From Eledone cirrhosa (taxonomy: Eukaryota), in assembly GCA_964016885.1 (NCBI GenBank), contig OZ024758.1:24490001-24554000 (forward strand): a stretch of DNA of 64,000 nucleotides. Reading direction: 5' to 3'. The translations under genes were made by a program, and so were the position numbers. Below, piece after piece: positions 1-11,763 of this stretch (position 1 is the first letter of the stretch; each line of letters starts with the position of its first letter). The notes under the pieces are model-generated. The model was not told where the DNA came from. It did not search any database and saw only the letters and a list, made by a program, of their open reading frames with translations.

Positions 1-237
1 CTTTCCTAAGACATTATAACTACATGCCCAGTGATTCTTTCCTAAGACATTATAACTACATGCCCATAGCATTTTCATTTGTAATCATGTGTAAGACATG
101 TTTCACAAATGACCAGCTTGGAGCCTTAATCAATTAATCAGTTACAATTAACATGGCTCTTGCACTGATTTGTTTATCAGATGCAATGGAGATTAGAATC
201 AGAATATATTCAGCTCTGTGTAAGGTATCAGACCTGC

Positions 238-285
<48 letters not shown>

Positions 286-491
286 CAAAGTGGTCATCCA
301 CTGTAAAGTGGTCGTGGAGGTGCCACGGCAAAAAAGCACCCAGCACTCACTGTAAATGAGGTTGGTGCTAGGAAGGGCATCCAGCTGTAGAAATCAAGCC
401 AGCATCAGTTCCCGTCCCACCCTTGCAAGTAGGGAAAAAGCGGACGTAAAATGAAATGAATGAAATGAAATGATATATGTATATATATATA

Positions 492-590
492 TAGGGTGTC
501 CAAAAAAATGTATACACACTTTAACAACATTTTAACAAATATTGGCTATACAGGTAATCAAAGTGTGTATACATTTTTTGGAACACCCTG
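492..590. mobile_element. Tc1/mariner-like micro-MITE
   Basis: About 29-bp TIRs agggtgt(t)ccaaaaaatgtatacacactt around a 40-bp core, at a TA/TG microsatellite. Confidence 0.6.
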
Positions 591-613
591 TGTGTGTGTG
601 TGTGTGTGTGTAT

Positions 614-1009
614 GGAGGCACATGGCTTAGCGGGTTAGAGCATTGGCCTTGCAATCGAAAGGTTGTGAGTTCAATTCTCAGACCGAGTGATGTGTTGTTT
701 CCTTGAGCAAGACACTTTATTTCACATTGCTCCAGTTTACTCAGCTGTGGAAATGAGATGATAGAACTGGGGTCCCTATCATTCCACTGTAAAGTGGTCG
801 TTGTGGTGCCACGCAAAAAAGCACCCAGCACTCACTGTAAATGAGGTTGGTGTTAGGAAGGGCATCCAGCTGTAGAAATCAAGCCAGAATCAGTTCCTGT
901 ATGAGCAAGGCATGGTCAGCCGACCGGGCACTGCCCACAACAGGACAACCCGTCTAACCCATGCTAGCATGGAAGAATGGACGTAAAACGGTGATGATGA
1001 TGATGATGA
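614..1009 (+). mobile_element. SINE-B (tRNA head, CORE-like centre, RTE-type tail)
   Basis: A box TGGCTTAGCGG, B box GAGTTCAATTC, ccttgagcaagacact, tail aggaagggcatccagctgtagaaa...(GAT)n. Confidence 0.85.
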
Positions 1010-1160
1010 TATATATATAGGAAATTGAACATGCCAAAATGTCACATTATAACGGTATGTAAAGATTCAGTATGTAAGATTGGCTACATACTGAGGTGAA
1101 GCTGGCTACGTATAGAGATGGAAGTGAAGGTCAGAAATGAAAAGATAATAATGGCAGGAA

Positions 1161-1448
1161 TAGGGTTAGAGGGACATCTACAGGTGAGGGTCTATAGGGT
1201 TAGGGGGACATCTACAGGTGAGGGTCTATAGGGTTAGGGGGACAATTATAGATGAGGGTCTATAGGGTTAGGGGGACATCTACAGGTGAGGGTCTATAGG
1301 GTTAGGGGGACATCTACAGGTGAGGGTCTATAGGGTTAGGGGGACATCTACAGGTGAGGGTCTATAGGGTTAGGGGGACAATTACAGGTGAGGGTCTATA
1401 GGGTTAGGGGGACAATTACAGGTGAGGGTCTATAGGGTTAGGGGGACA
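1161..1448 (+). repeat. 34-bp minisatellite with telomere-like TAGGGTTAGGGGG
   Basis: About 8.5 copies of tagggttagggggacatctacaggtgagggtcta. Confidence 0.95.
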
Positions 1449-1688
1449 GTGCTAGTCCTGGAGATGTTATTTCTCTCAGAAATTACTTACATATACATTT
1501 ATATACATTCATATATATATATATGTATATACATATATATATATGTATATATATATAGAGGTTATATTTCATTTGTTGGGATTCAACAAGCTTAAACATT
1601 TTTATAACTGATATAAAGCACTCAACAAGTTAGTGGAGTAAATACACAATATATTAATAAATGGTAACTATATTTATAAAACCATATT

Positions 1689-1756
1689 TATTTTGTTATA
1701 TATATATTTCAAGGGCAACCAAGGCAAATTATGGTGCGCTTTCATCAGATAAAATA
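1689..1756 (-). ncRNA. Type I hammerhead ribozyme motif (family 1)
   Basis: Minus strand: tattttat CTGATGA aagcgcacc..ggttgccctt GAAA (ta)n TA acaaaata. Confidence 0.65.
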
Positions 1757-1893
1757 CAGATTTGTTTTATAAATAAATATTGACATACCCGGAAAAAAAG
1801 ACAACCTTAACGGTTGGAGTATCCAGGAAGCTCCAACCGTTAAGGTTGTCTTTTTTTCCGGGTATGTCAATATTTATTTATAAAACAAATCTG

Positions 1894-1959
1894 TATATTA
1901 TCTGATGAAAGCGCACCATAATTTGCCTTGGTTGCCCTTGAAATATATATAATAAAATA
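1894..1959 (+). ncRNA. Type I hammerhead ribozyme motif (family 1)
   Basis: tatattat CTGATGA [helix II aagcgcacc/ggttgccctt] GAAA tatata TA ataaaata. Confidence 0.7.
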
Positions 1960-1997
1960 AATATGGTTTTATAAATATAGTTTCCATTTATTAATAT

Positions 1998-2056
<59 letters not shown>

Positions 2057-2059
2057 CCA

Positions 2060-2625
2060 AAAGTTAAACAAGGTTCATTGATTAATCAATGAATATAGTT
2101 TTACAATAGATTAGAAGCACTCAATAGATAGGTTTTCAAAATATTAATAAATGTAGACATTCACTTAATCAAAATATATTTTATTATATATATTTCGGAG
2201 GTACTGAAAAAACAGCACAGTACCTCCGAAATATATATAATAAAATATATTTTGATTAAGTGAATCATCATTTCATCATCATCATTTCATTTTATGTCCG
2301 CTTTTTCCCTGCTTGCAAGGGTGGGCGGGAACTGATTCTGGCTTGATTTCTACAGCTGGATGCCCTTCCTAACATCAACCTCATTTACAGTGGGTGATTT
2401 TTTGCCATGGCACCTCCGCGACCACTTTGCAGTGGAATGATAGGGACCCCAGTCCCCATCAACTCATTTCTACAGCTGAGTAAACTGGAGCAATGTGAAA
2501 TAAAGTGTCTTGCTCAAGGAAACAACACATCACCCGGTCTGAGAATTGAACTCACAACCTTTCGATTGCAAGGCCAATGCTCTAACCACTAAGCCATGTG
2601 CGTCTACATTTATTAATATTTTGAA
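2060..2625. mobile_element. Inverted-pair element holding the hammerhead 3' half, interrupted by a SINE
   Basis: Palindrome centred near 2210 (cagtacctccGAAAtatataTAataaaata in both orientations). The right arm resumes at about 2602 after the SINE. Related to 29155-29365. Confidence 0.55.
2266..2601 (-). mobile_element. SINE-B copy
   Basis: Reverse complement of the 29443-29778 sequence. Confidence 0.88.
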
Positions 2626-2823
2626 TTAATATTAATATATATAAAAGGACGATTTGTTGTCTTCATTACGTTTGAGTAGTGACATGCGTTTTGCTATTGA
2701 TCAGCTCATGTTCGATCTGTATCGATCTAGCCTGACTCTGGAATTACAGTACTTGGACGTTACATTCCCTATATATATATATATATATATTTAAAAGAAT
2801 AGAGGTGTAACACACGAGTTATG

Positions 2824-3230
2824 ATATATTGGTAAACGGAAAAGAAAATGCTGACAAATTGTTCCCAGTGAAAAATAGTTTAATTAGGAATAAGTAAAAA
2901 TTAGTAATAGTATTGGTTAGTATTCAGTTTTGGTTTTAAGTTTTACCGGTTGCACATTTCTAATGCTTTTCAAAAATAATTTTGTGATAGAGGGCCCGTG
3001 ATGTTTGCTCTAATCCGATTAGAAATGTTTGCTCTAATCTGATTAGAGCAAACATCACGGGCGCTCTATCTCAAAATTATTTTTGAAAAGCATTAGAAAT
3101 GTGCAGCCGGTAAAACTTAAAACCAAAACTGAATACTCACCAATACTATTACTAATTTTTACTTATTCCTAATTAAACTATTTTTCACTGGGAACAATTT
3201 GTCGGCATTTTCTTTTCCGTTTACCAATAT
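2824..3230. repeat. About 400-bp palindrome between (TA)n tracts
   Basis: About 190-bp arms with few mismatches. The centre carries a duplicated atgtttgctctaatcYgattaga. Confidence 0.85.
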
Positions 3231-3782
3231 ATATATATATATATAGGGAATGTAACTCTATTGGTTTTTCACTGGATTTCACAAAATCTGTGGATAAAAT
3301 CTCTGTCTTGGTGTTGTTTTTTTTTTTTTTAATTGACTTTGAATTATTTTCCCATATCTTACGTTAATTATTTTCCATTTTGACGTTATAGTCACTTATA
3401 TATTATGAAATACTGTTGGCTTCTTGCTCACAATAATTTCTATATTTTCATTTATATATATATATAAGTATGTATGTATACGTACATACATATATGTATA
3501 CCGACGTACAGTAGTATGTATATATATATACACATGCACACATATATATATGCACATATCGGTTTACCAAACATTTATTATAATGCTCGGTTTGTTTGTT
3601 TGTAAACCGATACATACATATATATATGTGTGCATGTGTGTATATATATATATATATATATACATACTACTGTATGTCGGTATACATATATGTATGTACG
3701 TGTACATACATACATACTTGCATTTAAGTAAGTGCCGTACTAAGAGTGAGAAATGAAATTTCGTTTCATTCTATTCCATTTA

Positions 3783-3813
<31 letters not shown>

Positions 3814-3997
3814 GGAAATGGCTTCTACAGGACTAGAACTGTTTCAGTCGGGAGAAATCATCAGGGCTTCCTGATGATTTCTCCCGAATGAAACAGTTCT
3901 AGACCTGTAGAAGCCAATTCTATATAAATATTTATACTCTGCTATGTATTGAGTACCTTACTTACTGTGGTTACCCCCGATTGAACCTGGGATAACT
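3814..3997. mobile_element. Inverted-pair hammerhead element (family 3) in (TA)n
   Basis: Inverted arms 3820-3864 and 3870-3915. The tail gtattgagtac is shared with the element at 30501-30695. Confidence 0.6.
3865..3915 (+). ncRNA. Type I hammerhead ribozyme motif (family 3)
   Basis: Helix I ggcttc/gaagcc, core CTGATGA, short helix II ttc(tccc)gaa, GAAA, helix III cag(ttctagac)ctg. GUA cleavage triplet, predicted cut after 3909. Confidence 0.72.
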
Positions 3998-4041
<44 letters not shown>

Positions 4042-4172
4042 CATACATAAGCGTATTGCTCCAGTCATTTTTTGGGTTGCAGACGTTCAGAATTTTCTGA
4101 CAAAAATGACAAAATTTTCTGACAATTTTTTGGGAGGGGATGTGCAACTGCACTCCCAGCAATACGTCACAG

Positions 4173-4215
<43 letters not shown>

Positions 4216-5229
4216 CATCCTCATCATTATTATCACCGTTTAATGTCTATTTTCCATGCTTACATGGATTAAACAAGCTGTCATGTATGGTGACTAGACT
4301 GCATGCTTCATTTTTGGCTTCGTTTCTACAGGTGAATACCTTTCCTAATGTTAACCACTTTACACCATGTACTAGGAGCATTTTATCATGACTCCAGCAC
4401 TCCCACCTTATTGGATCCTTTTTTGTCATTAAACCAGTACAACCACCTTACAGGGTGGACTGGGTGCTTTCTGTTGTAGCACTAACATGACCACCTTATA
4501 GAGTGAATTGGGTGCTTTTTGTTGTGGCACTAACATGACCACCTTATAGAGTGAATTGGGTGCGTTTTGTTGTGGCACTAACATGACCACCTTATAGAGT
4601 GAATTGGGTGCTTTTTGTTGTGGCACCTTACATGGTGGACTGGATATAAAACTCTTATCTGGTTTGTGCTGGGTGCACATACCAAGAACTAATTAACTAA
4701 TAGGTAACTGCTTTGGAAGTCTGAAATCATCAAGAAGAATGACATGACAAACCCAACATATAAGACCTGATGAGGCAAACCATGGTATTCAAGCAACATG
4801 CCTTTTCCAATACTTACCATATTTACTTGAATATAAGCTGACCCACTATTTTATGTCTGAGAAATAGGCAAAAATCCAAACCCCATTTATAAGACAGGTA
4901 ATCAACATGTTTAGATGGTGTAATTTTGAAATTCTCTTCGGAGTAATCTCTCCCTTTGCTAATTACTGTATTTCCCGGCACCGAAGATGCTTCGTCCTCG
5001 AAGATGCACCCTAACTTTGACAACCAAAAATTTGAAAAAAAAGTAAACAACCTTCGGCCTCCATGACGCATGGTAGATTTTTTAGACTTATTTTAGGGAA
5101 AAAGTAGCGTCTTCGAAGTCAGGAAATATGTTAAGTCCTCTAAGTAACAGAAACTATCAACTACTTCTATGATACCTTCCTGGAACCAGAAAGGATTTCA
5201 GTGAGGTTTTTACTACCAACTACACCTGT

Positions 5230-5590
5230 GTATCTGCCAAATGTCTATCTTTTCCGTTAGCCTGCCTACAATCCGACAAGGCCTCATATACCCATACCCT
5301 ACACTAAGTATACTGTATAGAGTTCTGCCTACTCTTTCTACATATCAAGCATGGCAACTTCAGTGATGGTACAAGAGTTCTATCCTCTTTCCTACTTACT
5401 AAAACTTCGGTCTTTGCCTGGTTTACTTTCAACCCTTGTGATTCTAATTAGTTTCCACAACAGAAATTTCTTCTTAAATTCTTCCACAGACTCAACTAGA
5501 CAATAAGAACCATGTCATCAACAAACAAACGTTCCCATAGACAACCAATCTTAAACTCCTCTATTGTGGCATGGAACATAATAAATAGAT
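5230..5590 (-). mobile_element. Old RTE LINE fragment
   Basis: Minus-strand remnants GCLWERLFVDDM, GLKVNQAKTEVLVSRKE and PCLICRK, homologous to the 32-34 kb copy. Confidence 0.65.
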
Positions 5591-6050
5591 GAGGGCTGAG
5601 GGTTGAGCCTTGAAAAACTATAACAGGAGAGGGCTGAGGTATGAGCCTTGAAAAACTATAACAAACAGGAGAGGGCTAAGGGTTGAACCTTGAAAAACTA
5701 TAACAGGAGAGGGTTGAGAGTTGAGCCTTGAAAAACTATAACAGGAGAGGGTTGAGAGTTGAGCCTTGAAAAACTATAACAGGAGAGGGCTGAGAGTTAA
5801 GCCTTGAAAAACTATAAAAGGAGAGGGCTGAGAGTTAAGCCTTGAAAAACTATAATAAACAGGAGAGGGCTGAAGGTTGAGCCTTGAAAAACTATAATAA
5901 ACAGGAGAGGGCTAAGAGTTGAGCCTTGAAAAACTATAACAGGAGAGGGTTGAGAGTTGAGCCTTGAAAAACTATAATGGGAGAGGGCTGAGAGTTGAAC
6001 CTAGAAAAACTATAATAAACAGGAGAAGGCTGGGGGCTGAGCCATGAAAA
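5590..6050. repeat. 38-42-bp minisatellite derived from an RT motif
   Basis: Unit aggagagggctgagagttgagccttgaaaaactata(ataa)ac. The minus strand encodes QGSTLSPLLFIIV. Confidence 0.85.
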
Positions 6051-6156
6051 ACACTGACTTGCAGACTGAATACCTCATTAGACTCACTTTTACTGATAAC
6101 AACTATGCATATGATGACTTGCACTACTCTTATAAGCTACACATCTACAACACATA

Positions 6157-6208
<52 letters not shown>

Positions 6209-6610
6209 GCACACATATAAACACGTACACACGGAGGCGTGCGCGCTCGCGCACACATGTGTGGGCAGGTACACACATATATATATAAGCAGTATCAACA
6301 TAGTGTAGAATGTTTTTAATTGCTGCTATATTTTCAGTGCGTGGGTGAGAGTAGGTATAAATGATAGGATTAACAAGGAGCGTGTCGTCTCGTAACCAGT
6401 TCCCCCACCCCTTAAATAACTATCAGCGGTAGTTTTCAGTCAGACATAGACTTTTACAAGTAATTACATTTATTATTATAGTTTAGATTGTTTAATTAAT
6501 ATTCAACATAATCTCTCAATGTCATGGAAATCCTTTGACATTTTATGAAAATCGTTATCTTTTGTTCTGGCAGCGGTTCGTTTGTGCACCCTTTTCGCCT
6601 GCCTTTTGTT

Positions 6611-6770
6611 GTATGTGGTCCTAGATGTGAGTATGTGGTCCTAGATGTGAGCATGTGGTCCTAGATGTGTGCATGTGGTCCTAGATGTGTGTATGCGGTC
6701 CTAGATGTGTGTATGCGGTCCTAGATGTGTGTATGCGGTCCTAGATGTGTGTATGCGGTCCTAGATGTGT
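6611..6770. repeat. 20-bp minisatellite
   Basis: Eight copies of gtatgYggtcctagatgtgt. Confidence 0.95.
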
Positions 6771-6925
6771 CTATTATTTGCTGGGCTGTGTACTTTTTAG
6801 GTCTTTTGTCCGTTCCCTTTTCTTTTTTTCTCTTTTTATTTGCAATATTATGATGACGGTGATGTTGACAAAGTCTTAATAAAAATTTGAGCAGTGTCTA
6901 ATAAAAATAAAACACACTATTAAAG

Positions 6926-6971
<46 letters not shown>

Positions 6972-9126
6972 AAAAACAACGGGGAAATGAAAAGTAGAAA
7001 AGGAAAGAAGGAACAAGCAACAAAAAATAAGACAAAGGGGTTGGGACAGACACTACACCCTCTTTTCAACGGTAAAGTATGTGGTTATTTTAGTTGACAA
7101 CCCACCAGATTAGTTTTAATTTTCTACAATAAAATTTACACAACAAAAAACGACGGAGATTTTATGTGAATGTGATGTGACGGTTTGAGAAAGAATACAT
7201 AGTCTGTTAACTTTAACCCCTTTATTTACAGTACTTTTTCTTTCTTATATTTCACTCTTTTATTCCTCTCTTTTCTTTTTATAATGAAAGAGGAGAAATG
7301 GAAACCAGGTTGCAAAGTGTGTCAGTGACCTGGTTCCGACTGTCATTTGAAATCACAGCCACCGACACACCGCTAATGTCCTTGTCGGAAAACATAAATA
7401 TATATCGCAACTAATAATTTCCTACCTTTATATAAATGCCTAAGTTCTTTTAATATAACCACACAGTAATATAACGTTTTTTTTTTTGTTTTTTTTAAGG
7501 GAGTCTGGAGGTTTTCAACACTGCTGACCACATCTCTGTTTCATTTCTCAAGTGAAGCAAACTTTTGTTCAAATATATAAGATTAAATAGAAGTACATAG
7601 ATATAATCAGTTAATTATTGCTAGGAACCTTATAAATATAATACACAGTCAGTCTACCCTAACTTAAGATTCTCGTGTCTTAGGAAAATGCATGAACATC
7701 ACACCTTCCAATACACGCCCCCTCCGCAGCCATCCTGAAATGATACTAAATTAAGCATTTCTGAATTGGTGGGGAAGGAGCCAAATCTGATCAATTTAAT
7801 TGTAGTGATTAGTTTAGCTGTTATTATCAAATATCAACCAAGATATGAAAAAGAAAAAAAACTTTGATGTGCGATAAACATAACATGTATATATATATAT
7901 TGTAGCGTCTATACAAATGAATGTGTGTTTTGGTAGTTTGGTGCGAAAAAGATATAATTATTAGAGCGTGTGTGTGTCCCCTCCCCCTGTAATTACAGTT
8001 TAGTCACTAACAGATACCCGTCTACCCGTCTATGAAAAGTTAAGCAGCGACTTTATCCGCTTTATTGACATGAATAAGTTTAGCCAAGTTTACTCTATTT
8101 TATTTTATCATTCCGTCACGCTAGTACAAGCAGAAATAAAATATACAACTTAATTAGCTCAACTAGATTATGTACTGTTGTTCGTTTATTAAAATACCAT
8201 TAGCAATACTTAGTGTTTTAATGTAAAAAAACGCAAGTGTCTTTTGTGGTTATGAAAACGGAAAAGGAAGGAAAAGGCAAGGGCTCTATGGTCACAGAAG
8301 AATGGGCGAGGGTGTGGCAAGGTATGGACTCTAGGCCGAGGGTACGGGTGGTAATGGAGCTGCGCTCCGCGGACAAGACCGCAAAAGTATTCAATAGTCA
8401 ATTATATTTATTATGTGTTTATATATATATATACACATATATATATTCATTCTGAAAAAAATTCTAAGAAATTTGTAATGTTATTTATGTATATTATATT
8501 TAAAATCAAAATAACGCATTCTTTACACAAAGACATCGGAATGTAGAGAGGAGAAGTGGAATTAAACATGGTATGGCATTTCTTTCAGATTCCAACAAAA
8601 TAATGGAAAGAATTCAAAAGATGTGACGATGTATGTGTTTGTTTGTGTTGGTTGATTTGTTCTCGGAAGAATTAGTTACGTAACTTCTATGAAATGGCAG
8701 CAACTAGTTATAGAAACTGGATCGCAAAGTCGGTTTACCGAATATAATGTAACATTGTGAAATATCTTTATATTTTTTTTAAAAAAAGTAATTTTTCTGA
8801 GACTGTAAAGAAGATGTAGACGAAATTATTTATTTAATATAATTTTCGTGCATTTTTCAAATTTAACATAATTTGAATGAAGTGGCTACAGCCGGGAATT
8901 GAAACCGGCTCGCTGTTATATATATATATATATATATAATTGTTTCTACTTTTATACTTTTAGCACAAGGCTAGCATTACTCAGTACATTACTGGTACTT
9001 TATTTTATGGACCCCGTAATAATAAACATTATATATATAGATAGATATAATGTTTATTATTCATTTTTTAGTGTTGTTGATGTTGTTATTATTTTCTCAC
9101 AATAACATAAACATTCCTAGCATTAC

Positions 9127-9175
<49 letters not shown>

Positions 9176-9331
9176 TTCAATTATTATTACTCGGTAGAGG
9201 GTCGGACGCCAAGCATAGAGTTACGGCCCTTGCCATTCTGAGTTCAAATCCCGCCGAGGTTAACTTTGCCTTTCATCCTTACGGGGTCGATAAAATAAAG
9301 TACCAGTAATACACTGGATTATAGAAACAAT

Positions 9332-9366
<35 letters not shown>

Positions 9367-9462
9367 TGTGAAAACGGTAAAATTCTAGTCATGACACAAA
9401 GAGTGAGAGAAAAAAAAATTTTTTTTTTTTTTTTTTCGTTAATTTCAAAGGTGACACTGAAA

Positions 9463-9495
<33 letters not shown>

Positions 9496-9509
9496 AATCT
9501 ATAACTTAC

Positions 9510-9554
9510 GTCCAAGAATATAGCCATTCCCTTTTCCATGTTATGATCCGCCAT
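9510..9554 (-). CDS. First coding exon of an unidentified divergent gene (MADHNMEKGMAIFLD)
   Basis: Minus strand reads gcaggagATGGCG (good start context), 15 codons, then a perfect |gtaagt donor, in a CpG-rich region next to the MORN1 start. An upstream in-frame ATG at 9686 is possible. No second exon was found in 1-9500. Confidence 0.55.
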
Positions 9555-9782
9555 CTCCTGCTTTGCGGTTCGATGTTGGTTGAAAGGGATGTAACGAGAA
9601 CTGGGTGGAGTTACACGAGAACTTGCTGCTAGTTCGGTTGCCGTTGACAACCGATTCGACAACAGAACTTCTCTGTTAGCTGCCATCGCATGGAGTTTTA
9701 GTAGACGACAGAGAGACGACGGCGGCTGTGATAGTTTTTAGAGTCGAGTCGTGTTACACTGAGAGTATAGATATTGTCGGCG
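9555..9782. promoter_or_regulatory. Putative bidirectional promoter/5'UTR region
   Basis: 228 bp between two divergent ATGs, CpG-enriched relative to its flanks and free of repeats. Confidence 0.6.
9637..9651. promoter_or_regulatory. RFX X-box-like palindrome
   Basis: GTTGCC-GTT-GACAAC inside tcggttg...caaccga fits the RFX two-half-site pattern. It lies about 130 bp upstream of the MORN1 ATG. Confidence 0.55.
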
Positions 9783-9918
9783 ATGGATGTTGATGCGGAA
9801 TCCTCCAAGTACATAGAAACTACTTGTGTTTCTCTGACAACAATACATTTGTCGGACATCGAAAGTGCTAGTAATATAGAGAAATATGTAGGAGAACAAG
9901 AGCAAGCATTAAGAAACG
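9783..9918 (+). CDS. MORN1: MORN repeat-containing protein 1, coding exon 1
   Basis: ATG at 9783 (gcgATGG). Encodes MDVDAESS...EKYVGEQEQALRN-G and ends at a G|gtaaga donor (phase 1). YVGE...RNG is a MORN-like start and joins exon 2 in frame. Confidence 0.8.
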
Positions 9919-10224
9919 GTAAGATCACACTCACTGACATTGGCCAAGCAATCTTTATTATAGGATTTCGTCCAAAGATAAAGACTAAGGAGTTAGTTAA
10001 GAGCAGATTTTAACTGCTATATCATCAGATCGAAATAACGAATTAAATGTTTTACATTTCAGTAAGTTTTTTTTTAGAGAACTGAAAAGCTCTGGCAGGG
10101 TGAAAGCCAGGGTATTCTGAGGTAAAAACCATCCAAGTTTCCTGATATCGTTAGAGCCAATATAGGACCACTACCATAACTGTATTTGTTGCTTATTAAT
10201 TTTGACGTCTGAGAGTGTTTATCG

Positions 10225-10345
10225 GGTGTGCAATACTACCACCCTCAACGCATGCCACAAGCCTCGCGAACTGAAATGGCTCTCCCAGCGCGTCACCCTC
10301 ACCATCCTCCGCGGAAACGCCTTCTCTATACTGTCCGCCGGGGTA
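10225..10345 (+). mobile_element. CRE-like (RLE endonuclease) non-LTR C-terminal remnant
   Basis: KPRELKWLSQRVTLTILRGNAFSIL resembles the QRxSxAxQRGNAxSIL C-terminus of CRE-type elements. Confidence 0.55.
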
Positions 10346-11212
10346 GCGAGGTGGCCAGTGCGTGGGACTCCGAGGTGGCCAGCGCGGGGTGGCCAGCATG
10401 TGGGCCCCCAATTGCTCATAATTGTGAGAGATGGGGAGAGACGAGGATAGACTGTCTATGAAGGAGTGATGAAATCTTGCTTGCATTAATTTCAACTCTT
10501 CTTATCGCTATACAAGGCTACGCTGAAAAGTTCATAGACTGATGATGAAGGAGTGACTCTAGGGCTGTGAAATCTTGCATGTATTAATTACAACTCTTCT
10601 TATCGCTATACGTGCGAACTCTGAAAAATTCATAGACTGACTATGAAGGAGTGATGCTGGAGCTGTGAAATCTTGCATGTATTAATTTCAACTCTCCTAC
10701 ATTGTTTCTTTTAAAGTTTCCAATTTAAATTAAATTCTACCGACATAATTTTATATAAGAACCTTACATTAAGTTACTATTTTAGTAATGAAATAATCAA
10801 TAATTTTAGTAAAACCCTCAAAATTCTTCATTATTTAATTGAAATAGAGTGTATTTCATCAAAAATACGGCCATGAAAGGGTCAATCAACAGAATATTTC
10901 TACTGCATGAAGCAAACAATATGAGTAATGTATAGTCTACATTTGATAACTTATGCTATAAGTAACTGTAGTAAATCTAGTACACTTAGTATTTTGGATG
11001 TGTAGTGATGTCACCATTTAAGTAGTCAAAAAAAAAAAAATCTAGTCTGCCTTAACCCTTTAGCATTTACATTATTCTATGACTTTGCCTTTCATCCTTA
11101 CGGGGTAGATAAAATAAAGTACCAGTAATGCACTGGGTAATTGCTGGCCTTGTGCCTAAAGTAGAAACAATTATTCTATATTTACTATTGTATTTTCACA
11201 GTAAAGGCTTTA

Positions 11213-11556
11213 TCATCAACATCATCATTTCATTTTACGTCCGCTTTTCCCTGCTTGCAAGGGTGGGACAGGAACTGATTCTGGCTTGATTTCTACAGCT
11301 GGATGCCCTTCCTAACACCAACCTCATTTACAGTGAGTGCTGGGTGCTTTTTTGCCGTGGCACCTCCACGACCACTTTGCAGTGGAATGATAGGGACCTC
11401 AGTCCCTATCATCTCATTACTACAGCTGAGTAAACTGGAGCAATGTGAAATAAAGCGTCTTGCTCAAGGAAACAACACATCACCCAGTCTGAGAATTGAA
11501 CTCACAACCTTTCGATTGCAAGGCCAATGCTCTAACCACTAAGCCATGTGCCTCCA
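11213..11556 (-). mobile_element. SINE-B copy
   Basis: Full-length match to the other copies. Confidence 0.88.
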
Positions 11557-11691
11557 TATGTATTCAAATACACTCCTGCTTCGTCTCGATCAGAGAAAAC
11601 ATTTTTTTTTTTTCATTTAACTATCTTTTACACTTTCTACAATGCTTCAAGCAAACTATAACACCATCTTATATTTTTGCTATTTTTATAG

Positions 11692-11763
11692 GGCATGGTG
11701 TTTATAATTACAAGAACAGGTTTTATAAATATGAAGGAGAATGGAAAAATAGCCAAAAACATG
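11692..11763 (+). CDS. MORN1: MORN1 exon 2
   Basis: tttttatag| acceptor and |gtaagt donor, 72 nt, phase 1/1. GHGVYNYKNRFYKYEGEWKNSQKHG resembles recalled vertebrate MORN1 [25 protein letters not shown]. Confidence 0.93.

Larger units (their letters stand above)
1557..2001. mobile_element. Inverted-pair Penelope-like/retrozyme-type element (family 1) in (TA)n
   Basis: Arms about 1646-1819 and 1831-2001 are near-perfect inverted repeats, each with a hammerhead motif. The same family recurs at 30038-30424 and 31845-31974. Confidence 0.65.

Noticed and set aside
614-690. tRNA genes
   Set aside because: The A/B boxes belong to SINE heads that continue into SINE bodies. No complete cloverleaf is present.
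2675-2710. Minus-strand ctgatca...aaaacgcatgtc hammerhead-like remnant
   Set aside because: The core is mutated and helices I and II cannot be formed, so it is too degenerate to support.
4683-4720. Possible second exon of the minus-strand gene (ag...gt bounded)
   Set aside because: It has stops in all three frames.
4767-4800. CTGATGA as a hammerhead core
   Set aside because: There is no downstream GAAA with pairing helices.
8237-8455. 72-aa ORF in a GC-richer patch
   Set aside because: It has a non-ATG start, no recognisable domain and no convincing splice sites.
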